A DNA stretch of 20,000 nt from an uncultured virus (IMG/VR IMGVR_UViG_3300034759_000204) (IMGVR_UViG_3300034759_000204), one strand, 5' to 3'; positions 1-12,205 are shown, numbered from the stretch's first letter. Program-made: numbers and translations. Notes: a model not told the origin generated them from the sequence alone.

Positions 1-2
1 TA

Positions 3-2129
3 AAAAATTTAGTATCTGCTAATTTTGGCAGTTTTACTTGCCATTATGACGCAAGTACAATCTTAAATGACGAAGTTATAGAACAAATATATAACAAAAT
101 AGAAAACTATCTCCCAAACTAGGCTTGTTATATACAAGATTATTACAGACCTTGTGGTTGTGATAATGAATGTGACATACATACTTGTAGATGTGATGGT
201 AGATGTCATGGATATTCTAGCTGTGATTGTAATAGCAGACAGTATAACTTTACTTGTGACTGTTACCAAGTAGCTTATGGTGGTACATGCACATGTTATG
301 AATGGAGCTACGAAACATGTGAATGTTATTGGTAGCACTATGGCTATTGTGTGACAGATGGTTGTTATTGTAATGGGACATGTTATGAAGATAATATTTG
401 TTTTCCATATTATACATGTGTGTGTGATAACGTAGCTCATATAATCCCATGTTCATGTGACAACTAGTGCCATGGTTTTTCTGCATGTGATTGTGACTTT
501 ACATGTGATGGATATGATGCTTGTTCTTGCCATAATTCCTGTCATGGTTATTCGGCATGCAGTTGTGATGGCCCATGCGATATATATGGCTGTGGTTGCT
601 ATAATACCTGTCATGGCCATTCTACATGTAGTTGTAACAGCAGATGTTATGGTGGATATTCTACTTGTAGCTGTAATAATACTTGTGATGGCTATTCTAG
701 CTGCAGTTGTAATAACACTTGTTATGGTGGATATTCTGATTGTTATTGCAATTATGCAAAGTATGGATATGTTGGGTGTTCATGCAATAATACTTGCTAT
801 GGTGGATATTCTACTTGTAGTTGTAATAATACTTGTGACGGTTATTCTAGTTGTACATGTAATAACAGATGTTATTTATATTCATGTCCATGTGATGGAG
901 CCTGTAATTAGTATAGTAGTTGTTCCTGTAATGACAGATGTTATGAATATTAGTATAATTATTGTCAATGCTATAATACTTGTTATGGATTTAGTTCGTG
1001 TAGTTGCAATAATTCAAGTTATTCTAGCTGTTATTGTGATGATAGTTGTTATGGATATTCTTCCTGCGATTGCAATAGTACATGTTATGGATATGATGCT
1101 TGTTCTTGCCATAATACCTGCTATCCTTTTACCCCATGCGGTTGTGATAATTCATGTTACGGATTTGATGCTTGTTCTTGCCATAATACCTGTGATGGCT
1201 ATTCGGCATGTAGTTGTAACAACAAATGTGATGGATATGACGCTTGTTCTTGTCATAATGTCTGTTATGGTTATTCTATATGTAGCTGTAACAACACATG
1301 TGATGGATATAGTTGCGACTGTGATAACACATGCGATGGTTATTCTTCATGTAGTTGTAATAATACTTGCTATGGTGGATATTCTACTTGCAGTTGTAAT
1401 AACACTTGTGATGGTTTTATTGCATGTAGTTGCAATAGCATATGTGATGGATACGGTTCTTGTGTCCCTTATGGAGAAGTATGTTAGTGTAATGCACAAG
1501 AAGATGGTACTTGTACCTGTGAAAGTGCATACAGATATGCAACATGTACATGTTATTATGTCAAATATAACTATAATGAATTTTGTGAAACTTCATGTTA
1601 TTCATTTAATGTTTGTAGTTGTAATAATGCATGCTATGGAGAAACATGCTCATGTAATAATATTTGTCATGGATATGAAGCTTGCGATTGTTATGATAGA
1701 TGTTATGAATATGATTGTTCTTGTAACTACTAGACATATGGGTTTCAATGTTAGAATTGCTATTCTTCTAATTATAGTTGTTCTAGTTTTGAATATAATT
1801 GTTAGTGTGATATTACATGTGATAGTTATGATTATTGTCCAACACATAATACATGTTCTGCATTTAGCACATGTGACTGTTTTGCTACTTGTTATGATGA
1901 TACTTCAATTAATACATGTACTACATTTACACCATGCAATTGCGATATTTCATTGTATGATGGGTGTACAAAATACGGAATATGTTCGGCCAATGAAGGG
2001 GGCGTTTGCACAAGTCATGTTGAACCATAGGCATGTGATGGATATACATAGCCACAGCCTACTGAGGACACATCAGTTACATGTACATCAGATGGTACAA
2101 TTGATTGTACAAGTTATGTGCCACAGTAA
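3..2129 (+). CDS. 5'-truncated giant Cys-rich repeat protein (>700 aa, C-x-C-x-x-x-C-x-G-Y-x-x repeats); candidate radical SAM substrate
   Basis: Frame 3 has no TAA/TGA from the window edge to TAA at 2127-2129 and contains 11 in-frame TAG. It reads ...CSCNNTCYGGYSTCSCNNTCDGYSS... for dozens of 12-13 aa units and lies directly upstream of an rSAM/SPASM gene. Confidence 0.9.
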
Positions 2130-2237
2130 ACTATCATTTTGCTAAAGACTCAATGGTTTCCTTAAATGAATTTTAAATAAAACTGTTAAAACAAATTATA
2201 ATTTAAGTAGAAAATTATATAAAGGAGTTAATTTTTA

Positions 2238-3821
2238 ATGGATGATAAAAATCTTAAAACAGGTAAAAAAGGTAAAAGTTTAAAAGAATTAGGTTTAAAA
2301 ACAAGAAACTTGAGTTTAGATATGACTGAAGGTTGTAGTTTAAGATGTAAATATTGTTTTGCCGATTTTGCTGCTGAAAAAAGAGAAAATAGAAAGCTAA
2401 CAGAAGATGTTATGAAAGCTGCCATTGATTGGTTATTTGATGATGGGACATCTGGGACTACAGAAGAAGTTAACAAGGAAGGCGGATTAGGGTTCGAACC
2501 ATGGGGCGGTGAGCCATGGCACAATTTTCAAATGTTACAAAAAGCATATGAATATTTTGAAAAGAAATCTAAAGAAACTGGTAAAAAAATAGGGCATATA
2601 GGTGGAACAACAAATGCTGTAGAATTTACTGAAGAAAGATTAAAATGGTGTAAAGACCACAACATTACTTGGCTAATATCGTTAGACGGCATAAAAGAAA
2701 ATCACGATAAACAAAGAGTATATGCTGATGGTAGTGGAAGTTTTGATGTTGTTGATAAAAATGTTGATTTATACAAAAAAGTATATGGGTTTGCCCCGCA
2801 GTTAAGAATGTCTTTACATCCAGATTATATTGATAATATTTATAAAAGTTATGAGTATGTGTTAGGTAAAGGTGTAAAATCTTATTTCTTTTCCCCAGTC
2901 TTTGAAGCTAACTGGACTGAAGAAAGTTTTAAAGAATTAGAAGATCAAATAGTTAGGTTATATGAAAAATTAATATTAGATTATAAAAGTGGTTTCCCTA
3001 AAGTAGATAATAAATTTATAGACGATATGATTTATTATATATTAGGTGCACAAAGAAAAGGTATAAATTTAGATGAGATTGAAAAGACAGGATCATATGA
3101 TGTAAATTTAAATGGCCTATCAAAAGGTATGCATTTACCAAAACCATGTGGTGCTGGAACCTCATATTTTGGAGTTACTGTAGAAGGACAAATTTTTGTA
3201 TGCCATAGATTTAATAAACATGGATTGGATCCTAAAAAAATTGGCTTTGATAAAAGATATGGTTGGTTAGGTAATGTGTGGGAAGGTATACATAATGTAG
3301 ATTTAGTAAATGAACTTAAAAATTGGGATGTAAAAGATTTAGAACATTGTAAATATTGTAAGTTAAAGTATTACTGTAAAGGAAGTTGTTATGCTTCAAA
3401 TTACGATAATACTGGTAATATTAAAGGATATCATAAAAATGCTTGTAAAATTAATTTTGCTTTATATAACGCTGCTTTAAGAATAATTGATTTATTCAAA
3501 AAGAATAATATGTTTGATTATGAAAAAAATGATATTATTTTCCCACAACAAAATTTTGGTAATTCATTTCAAGGTAGAAATGGACAAAGTATTAATTCCT
3601 GTATGTGTAATAACGCAACTTATTATTTCAATGGATTAGAACAATTATTATCTGATGAAAAGCCTGAAAATGTAGAAGATCTTAAAATGCAAATACTAGA
3701 TGGCGGAATTAATGTGCTACTTGATATGTACCAAGAAGTTAAAATGAATAAGGGTAATAATAGACAGTTCAATAACCCTAAAAGTAATAACATAAAAAAG
3801 AAATTTAATTTCAAATTGTAA
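2238..3821 (+). CDS. Radical SAM/SPASM domain protein (peptide-maturase/anSME-like), 527 aa
   Basis: SD AAGGAG at ~2222. Motifs: CSLRCKYC (CxxxCxxC), WGGEP, TTN, ISLDG, SPASM PCGAG...G.IFVCHRF and CKYC-x5-CKGSC...C. No internal TAG. Confidence 0.95.
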   Translation: MDDKNLKTGKKGKSLKELGLKTRNLSLDMTEGCSLRCKYCFADFAAEKRENRKLTEDVMKAAIDWLFDDGTSGTTEEVNKEGGLGFEPWGGEPWHNFQMLQKAYEYFEKKSKETGKKIGHIGGTTNAVEFTEERLKWCKDHNITWLISLDGIKENHDKQRVYADGSGSFDVVDKNVDLYKKVYGFAPQLRMSLHPDYIDNIYKSYEYVLGKGVKSYFFSPVFEANWTEESFKELEDQIVRLYEKLILDYKSGFPKVDNKFIDDMIYYILGAQRKGINLDEIEKTGSYDVNLNGLSKGMHLPKPCGAGTSYFGVTVEGQIFVCHRFNKHGLDPKKIGFDKRYGWLGNVWEGIHNVDLVNELKNWDVKDLEHCKYCKLKYYCKGSCYASNYDNTGNIKGYHKNACKINFALYNAALRIIDLFKKNNMFDYEKNDIIFPQQNFGNSFQGRNGQSINSCMCNNATYYFNGLEQLLSDEKPENVEDLKMQILDGGINVLLDMYQEVKMNKGNNRQFNNPKSNNIKKKFNFKL

Positions 3822-3840
3822 AAAAGGAGGGAATTTAAAG

Positions 3841-4101
3841 ATGGCTTTATCAGCAGAATTAATTATTAATGATACAGATTATTCTGATAAAATAACAGAT
3901 ATAAATTTTATTGATAAGAGAACACAAACTGACTACCTGATCACTATGGAAAAATACTATATAACAGATCCATTACCTTCTAATTAGTCTATAACTCTTA
4001 AATTCAATGATATATTAATAATTGAAAACAGTACAAATATAGACTTTGAAATTAATACTAGAAATCTAGGAACGACTATAAGAATTAAAGTTGAAAAATG
4101 A
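3841..4101 (+). CDS. Small hypothetical protein (86 aa, one TAG read-through)
   Basis: SD AGGAGG upstream, ATG 3841, in-frame TAG 3985-3987, TGA 4099-4101. Starts MALSAELIINDTDYSDKITDI. Confidence 0.8.
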
Positions 4102-4142
4102 GGCAGGGCGATTGTCCTGCTTCATTATTATTATTTTTTTTT
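4099..4142 (+). terminator. Probable intrinsic terminator
   Basis: TGAGGCAGGGC-GATT-GTCCTGCTTCA hairpin followed by a T-rich tract. Confidence 0.65.
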
Positions 4143-4172
4143 AGTTAATTGTTACTGAGGTGATATAAAATC

Positions 4173-7100
4173 ATGCCTAGCTTAATTAATGAATATAATG
4201 CTATTTATACATTATATGATAATATATTCCCATTTTAGGGTTAGAAAAATTAGCAATTAATAGAGCCATAGACTACTAATTTAATAGGTAATGGAAATTT
4301 ATAGTTAGATTCTAATGCTGATAATATTTCTGATTTTTTTAATGCTTCTACTCTAACTTTTGTTAATATTAATGATATTTTTTCAAAAACATATAATGTA
4401 TTAAATTATTAGACACAAAAAGGTTTTTATATAAATATAACAAATAAAACTACTCAAACAACTTAGTATTCATAGCTTAAAATATATTCTAATAATATAA
4501 ATATTCAATAGAGTACTACTTATAACCTATCTTTACAAGGTAAATTAGATAATTCTGTTTTAATTGTGTTTTAGGAAATATATGATAGTACTAACACATT
4601 AATACAAAATCAACAACTTAATTTATCTGAAGTTCTTATAATGAGTGATAATACTAAAATATATTCAGGTTCTGTTATTTAGCCTTAGAATTCTTCATAT
4701 ATAAAATTTTCTTTTGAAATAAGAATACCACAAAAAAGTCAAGGGTCTTAGCTATTAAACAATGTACAATTAGAAAACAGAAATTATTGGACTTCATTTT
4801 AGAATCCAACAAATCCTTAGAATCTTATTATAACTGATATTGGTGAACATTTTTCCTTAACTAACACTGGTTATTTTTATATTCCTACATCTAAAAAACA
4901 AAATTATGAATAGAATTTAATTTCTATAGGAAAACCTTTTGAATAGAATAGTATAACTTTATATTTTGAAAATTCATATTAGACCCTTGCTGTTAAAATC
5001 ACTGATAATACTGGATAGATTGTTTTTGAACATCATAATATTAGTTATGATTAGCTATGGAATTATTTTTAGTTAGCTTACAGACAAAATGGTGTTGGTA
5101 TAGATTTAAAACTTTTTATCAACAACACAAAAGTATTTGAACAAAATATATAGGAAATAAATTTAGATTATAACAACACATAGTTTAAAAAAGTATATAT
5201 AGGCCATAGTTATTCTGAGAGTCAATAGATAAATCAACTAAATGGTTTTGTTTCTGTTATAAAAGGTGTTGGAAGTTATATATTAGATGACGAAATACTT
5301 AATATTTATAATAATAAAAAAATATATTCTTCAACAAGATCTTTAGTACGTAGTGCTGATATAAATGCAACATTACTTGGTGGGTTATCTCCAAGCGAAT
5401 TTGCAACGTCAACACATAGCCACGACGATAGATATAGAAATAAAGTAGAATCAGATAATACATATGTTTTTAAACATGGTGACACATTAACTGGTACATT
5501 AACCGCCCCTACACTTCAAATAAACGATGGGAATACCAAAATACTAGAGGGTGGTACAAATAGTGTAAGAATACAAACTAATTCTGGGTATGTTGATATT
5601 GGCCCTCAGAATACTTCCTTGTCACATTTTAATACCGACAGACCAAAATTCTATTTTGGCAAACCTGTTCAGATTAATGGTAATATAGAAAGTGATGGCG
5701 GTACTAGAACGATAACAGGGTTTAATCTATCTGGTAATGCATCTACATAGTCTAAACTAGAAACCGCTAGAACTATTAGCTTAACAGGTGATGTTACTGG
5801 TTCAACGACTTTCGATGGATCGTAGAATGTTTCTATAACCGCTACCGTTGCTAATGATTCACATACACACGATACTAGATATTATACTGAATCAGAAGCA
5901 GATAGTAGGTTCGTAAATGCCTCTGGTGATACTATTACTGGTACATTAGCATACAATGATGTTTCAAGATATTGGTTATCTACTGCTACCAACTATGGAA
6001 TTTATTGGGAAACTACTAACCACGAACTTGAATTTCATGGAGCTGGGGTAGATAAATTTCATGTTGATTTAGATGACGGGAACACTTGGATTGGCGGTAC
6101 TTTAAGCGTTTCTGGTGCAATAACTGGTTCACTTTCTGGTAATGCGTCTACATAGTCTAAGTTGCAAACAGCTAGAACTATTAGTTTAGCAGGTGATGTT
6201 ACTGGCTCAACGACTTTCGATGGATCGTAGAACGTTTCTATATCTGCTACTGTTGCAAACGATTCACATAGCCATAGCAATGCTACTATCACATCTGTCG
6301 ATTGGAGTAAACTTACTAATGTACCTGATCCAACAATTACTTTAAGCGGTGATATAACTGGTTAGTAGACTATGACAAATCTCGGGAGTATAACTATAAC
6401 TGCTACCGTTGCTAATGATTCACATACACACGATACTAGATATTATACTGAATCAGAAGCAGATAGTAGGTTCGTAAATGCCTCTGGCGATACTATTACT
6501 GGTACATTAACATACAATGATGTTTCAAGATATTGGTTATCTGCTGCTACCAACTATGGAATTTATTGGGATACTACTAACCACGAACTTGAATTTCATG
6601 GGGCAGGGGTAGATAAATTTCATGTTGATTTAGATAACGGGAACACTTGGATTGGCGGTACTTTAAGTGTTTCTGGTGCAATAACTGGTTCACTTTCTGG
6701 TAATGCGTCTACATAGTCTAAGTTGCAAACAGCTAGAACTATTAGCTTAGCAGGTGATGTTACTGGCTCAACGACTTTCGATGGATCGTAGAACGTTTCT
6801 ATATCTGCTACTGTTGCAAACGATTCACATAGCCATAGCAATGCTACTATCACATCTGTCGATTGGAGTAAACTTACTAATGTACCTGATCCAACAATTA
6901 CTTTAAGCGGTGATGTAACTGGCTAGTAGACTATGACAAACCTCGGAAGTATAACTATAACTGCTACCGTCGTTGACGACTCACATACACACGATACTAG
7001 ATATTATACTGAATCAGAAGCAGACAGCAGATTCGTTAATGTAGCAGGCGATACTGTTACAGGATAGCTTACTTTTAGTGGCAACACCTCTTTCAATAAT

Positions 7101-7697
7101 GTGATGAATATAAATTCAGAAATGAGAATTGAAAATTAGAATCCTTCTGTATATATATGGAATAATTAGGGTGGGGCTTAGAATTTATATTTTGGAGAAA
7201 ATACTAGTTCTGGATATGGATTACATTTATATTGGGATTCCTCATATACCACATACTTAAAATCAAGGCATTAGGGTGTTGATACTAATGTATTTCATAT
7301 TGATACAAGAAATTAGGATTTTGTATTAGACCAACCTTTAATTTCTACATATGGTGAAAATGGTGGGTTATATATAGGGACTAATGGAAGTAAGCCACAA
7401 ATAACAACAGTTAACGGGGAACAAATGGTTCTTAGATCAAATGAAATAAGATTTGCTGATAATATCTAGTGGGGATATGATTCATTTAGTGGGATTAAAT
7501 ATGATTCAGTTAACAAAAAGATGTACATTGGTGGGTCAAACAGTTCTCATTTTACTTCTAGTACTAATCCTCAAGATATAGATGTAGAATTTGATGGTGT
7601 AAATGATGTAAAAGTAAATGGTACTTTGACTATTCAAGGTTTTACTATACAATATAATTAGAGTGATGAATCTTTTGATTTCATATATTTAGGGTGA
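4173..7697 (+). CDS. Phage tail fibre / receptor-binding protein (~1174 aa, many TAG codons)
   Basis: SD GAGGTG, ATG 4173, no TAA/TGA until TGA 7695-7697. Fibre repeats GNAST*SKLQTARTISLAGDVTGSTTFDGS*NVSI, HxH motifs (DSHTHDTRYYTESE), GDTxTGxL and C-terminal IQYN*SDESFDFIYLG. Confidence 0.88.
5835..6956 (+). repeat. Near-identical 561-bp in-frame tandem duplication (5835-6395, 6396-6956; partial third copy to ~7065)
   Basis: The same sequence recurs at a 561-nt offset, mirrored by the duplicate antisense ORFs 6059-6292 and 6620-6853. Confidence 0.93.
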
Positions 7698-7702
7698 TAA
7701 TA

Positions 7703-10591
7703 GTGAGTTAGGTTGTTGGTAAACTTAAAAATAACTCTTTATATACAAAAAAAGAAATATCAGAAACACAGCCACCAGAATACGATAAACTTATTCTTTA
7801 TTTATCACTTCAAGGTTATTTATTAGATACTAAAAATTACCTTGAAGATGTTGGATTAGATAAATTTAATGCCTCTTCTGGTATTAATACTTATTGGATT
7901 AATATGACACAAGATGGTACTTTTTTAGGTAATCCTATTTATAGAGTTGAAAAAGGTAGTTCTGATGATGGATATTTTTATAGATACAATATTAGTGGTT
8001 TAGAAAAAATATAGGAAGCTGAAGAATATGTACTAACAGGTATATTCAAATCATCTAATTCTAACGAAACAATAGAAGCAATCGATCATCCATATTAGGG
8101 TGGAGGATCCCCATGGACATAGGGCAATCATATCCCGCCTTATGAATCATACGACGATAGATATTATTTAGGTGATGGTTGGTGGAGATATATTTATAGA
8201 TTTAAAATAGATAGAACACAAATAACTAATTAGGCTTATAAAAATAATTTATATTTTGGATTTCAATGGTATTGGTAGGACACTGGGCAATATGTTTGGG
8301 GTACATAGCCTTAGTTATATGTTGGAAATTCTAAAAAAATTTATCAAGGGCATAAATCTTCTTATTCATATGATAATCTAATTAGTTATAAAGATTAGTT
8401 AAGTTTTGAAGGACCTATAACTAATCAAATTTCTATATCCAATATGAATAATTATCCTATTGGTTATACAGGAAATGTATGTGGATTTAGTAATAATTTT
8501 GAAGAAAGGTTTGGTTAGGGTAATTGGAATACTAAAATAATAAAATAGGATAATTGTATTATACCTGAAATACGAAAAGCACAAAGAATAATAACAACTT
8601 AGAGTGGTTGGGGTGGATGGACTGCTGGCAATATCGGTAATACTTCTGGGGATATTACTTATGGTGTTTTAATACGTCTACATTATGGTGAAATACAATT
8701 TGGTGATTTAAATACTTCTAATAGATTGTATATTAACTCAAACTACTATGAACAAAAAGGAAAAAAATTAGGAGAGTGGATTTGGTAGTGTGGAACATTT
8801 TTAGGTTCTACTGGTGGTAGACATCTTTATTAGAATGGAATTACTAAAGCTGATATTTAGTAGGTTTAGATTTATAATACAAATCAACAATTAAGTTATG
8901 TAGATGGCAGTAAAGATTAGAGTTATCTTGATTTACCTGTTGATGTTTTTAACAAATTTAAAGATGAAATAACAGTAAGTTTTATATATGAACCTTTATC
9001 TAATTATTCATATGGAACATGGCCATAGATTTTTACATTAAATTGGTGGATTAGTGGGAATACAAATGATTGGTTTGGAATATATAGAGGTAATGGATGG
9101 AGTTCATAGGATTCTATTACTTTTAGTGTAGTAGATGGAACTAGATAGTATTCAAAAGGTACTTCTATGACAGGTATTAATTCTAGATTAAATCATAAAC
9201 TTTTTATATAGATGTCTTATAGTAAACTTAATAAAAATTTATAGATATTTGTTAGAGATATTAATACTAGTGAAGATTTGTTAAAAACAAATATTTCTTT
9301 ACAAACAGATTTTTCATTTGATAAAACATTCAGCTATTAGAAATTAGGTTATTTAAATCAAGGGTCAGATTAGCAAAATTAGAAAATTACTAATTTCAGT
9401 TTTTATCATAAAAGTTTTAATTAGGATAAATTATATACTTTAATACCAAGAGTATTTTAGATTGATAAAAATGGATTTCTAAAAACAAAAGAAATTCAAG
9501 AACCTCATGATTTATTAACAGAATATGGGCCAACATAGTTTGAAACTGGTTAGTTTGGTGGGATTTATGGGACGTATACTCAAACAAATATTAGTGTGTC
9601 TGTAGTACCAAGAAAATTTAAAACACCATATTCTTACTTTATTAAAAGAACTCCTAATATTACTGATACTGGTAGCACTTCACAAAACTGGGGTGGATTA
9701 AAATTATCATTCCCAGATGACAAACAATGGGAAGAAAATCAAACTTATAGAGTGAGTTTTTGGTATACTGGATATTCACAGCATACAATAGAAATTTATT
9801 TTGCTTATAATATTGGTTATACTACGATGGGAGTTGGATTAACCAAAATTTCTTTGCCTTCTATTACTAATTAGTTCGTTGACGAAGATGGGTGGAAATA
9901 TTATGAATAGGAGTTTACTATACCTAATGGATTTATATACCAAACTGGAAGCGATGGTAATATATACTACTGTATGAGAGAATTTAAAATAGGTTATAAT
10001 TATACTACTACTGATGAGTATGGAACTAGACTTTATGTTAATGATCTTAAAATAGAAAGAATTTCTAAAAACAATGAATATAAAAAAACTAGAGGAATAA
10101 AAAAGTATGGTGTTTATATAAAAGAATGGATAGAAAATAACAAATTTACTGATGTTTATATTGTAGGTACAGCTTTATAGTCTACATATCCAGAAAACAG
10201 AACTAATGGTAATAGAATTTTAAAAATAAATGGAACACAAATTTATAATACAACAGGAAGAGGTTTAAGATTAACAATCTTTGATTCTAATTTTACTGTT
10301 ATTAGTGATACCACTTATGATGTATATGGTGATGATGTGTAGAGAACAAATCTAGCTAATTAGTTAATTTAGATTGATAAACAAAAATATTGGTAGTTAA
10401 CTTCATATGATTAGGTTAATTCAAATATAGACTTGAACAATTAGATGTAGAGTTTAGGCTCTAAAATTTGGCCTTTATCTTATAGATCACCTTATTAGGC
10501 TGTTGGTAAAGGGCAGAAGATTATAAAAGAAGATGGATAGATGAATAACGTAAATTATGTTAGTAAATAGGTAATTAATATTAAAATTTAA
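7703..10591 (+). CDS. Large tail-associated protein (~962 aa) with beta-rich, carbohydrate-binding-like domains and a C-terminal ILEI/GG-lectin-like domain
   Basis: GTG 7703 just after the upstream stop, open through TAG to TAA 10589-10591. It subsumes track ORFs 9596-9874 and 9974-10180. C-terminus GRGLRLTIFD...TYDVYG...TSYD*V...RSPY*AVG resembles ILEI/PANDER domains. Confidence 0.8.
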
Positions 10592-10603
10592 TGAGGGATA
10601 AAT

Positions 10604-12121
10604 ATGGCTGATTTATCTAATGGGACAACAATAGGTGGATTTAGATAGTTACATGAGAATTTATAGAAACCAACATTATTTGACGATTTAACAGTTCCTA
10701 CACTTCAAATAAACGATGTTAATACCAAAATATTAGAAGGCACGTCCAATAGTATAAGAATACAAACTAATTCTGGGTATGTTGATATTGGCCCTCAGAA
10801 TACTTCCTTGTCACATTTTAATACCGACAGACCAAAATTCTATTTTAACCAACCTATTCAGATTAATGGGAATATAGAAAGTGATGGCGGTACTAGAACG
10901 ATAACAGGTTTTAATCTATCTGGTAATGCTTCTACATAGTCTAAGCTACAAACCGCTAGAACTATTAGCTTAGCAGGTGATGTTACTGGCTCAACGACTT
11001 TCGATGGATCGTAGAACGTTTCTATATCTGCTACAGTCGTTGATGACTCACATAGTCATAGCAATGCTACTATCACATCTGTCGATTGGAGTAAACTTAC
11101 TAATCTGCCTGATCCAACGATTACTTTAAGCGGTGATGTAACTGGTTAGTAGACTATGACAAACCTCGGAAGTATAACTATAACTTCTACCGTCGGCGAT
11201 GATTCACATAGTCATAGTAATTCCACAATTACATCTGTTGATTGGAGTAAACTTACCAATGTACCTGATCCAACAATTACTTTAAGTGGTGATGTAACTG
11301 GTTAGTAGACTATGACAAACCTCGGAAGTATAACTATATCTGCTACTGTTGCTAATGACTCACATACACACGATACTAGATATTATACAGAATCAGAAGC
11401 AGATAGTAGATTCGTTAATGTTACTGGAGATACTATGACTGGTAATCTTACAATATTAAAAAACAAACCATGGTTAACTTTAGATAGTTCTAGTTCTGGT
11501 GATAATTTAAACGAACAATAGGCTGGCATAAGTATAGGTGAAGCTGGAACTGGAGGTTAGTCATTACATTTAGTATATACTGGTGATGGCTATTAGTATA
11601 TAGGAATGGGTTCTACATCCCCTATTCCTTAGTATAAAGCTATGCGATTTCATTATACTAATAATAATGTACTTTTCTATGGCACTATAACAGCAACAAA
11701 AGTCTATGGTGCAGTCTACAACGACTATGCTGAATATAGAAGTTCTGATGAGCCTATAGATTTTGGTTATGTATAGATAGAAGATGAAAAAGGTAATGTA
11801 ATTAAATGTAATGAAGATAGAAGTAAAAAAGTATAGGGAGTGAGTACTGATACTTTAGGATTTTAGATTGGAAAACAAAAAGATACTGATACTCCTATTG
11901 CTGTTGCTGGTAGAGTTTTAGTTTATTAGATTGATAAACATAAACTTAGAATTGGTGATTAGGTGTGTTCTACTAAAGAAGGGAAAGTTAGAAAAATGAA
12001 ATGGTGGGAAAAGATATTTTTTCCAGAATAGATTGTTGGTTATGTTAGTGAATTTCCTGATTATGATATATGGGGTAGTGATAATATTAAAGTTAATGGT
12101 AGGATTTGGATTAGAATTTAA
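10604..12121 (+). CDS. Tail fibre protein (~505 aa) with a C-terminal intramolecular-chaperone/peptidase-G2-like domain
   Basis: SD GAGGG. N-terminus MADLSNGTTIGG recalls T4 gp36-like starts. Shares fibre repeats with 4173-7697. C-terminus VYGAVYNDYAEYR...DTLGF*IG...PIAVAGRVLV...GD*VCS...VNGRIWIRI, then TAA 12119-12121. Confidence 0.87.
11048..11360 (+). repeat. 156-bp (52 aa) tandem repeats SHSHSN.TITSVDWSKLTN.PDPTITLSGDVTG**TMTNLGSITI
   Basis: TCACAT unit starts at 11048, 11204 and 11360. The same module occurs inside the 561-bp repeat. Confidence 0.85.
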
Positions 12122-12205
12122 AAAAAATCTAATAACAGATAATAAAGAAAATTTCTGTGTTAATTATTTATTGAAAATATTTTATAACATAAAAAGGTGA
12201 TTATA

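Noticed and set aside
500..1450. CRISPR array or DGR-like repeats
   Set aside because: The 36-39 nt periodicity is degenerate coding repetition with no constant repeat and unique spacer layout, and no cas or reverse transcriptase gene is in the window.
457..2145. 562-aa hydrophobic Val/Ile/Met ORF in the track
   Set aside because: Shadow frame of the Cys-rich repeat gene: TGT/TAT/GAT codons read off-frame give V/M/I. The Cys frame has coherent repeats and synonymous third-position variation.
6059..6853. Duplicate 77-aa minus-strand ORFs
   Set aside because: Antisense shadows of the 561-bp fibre repeat.
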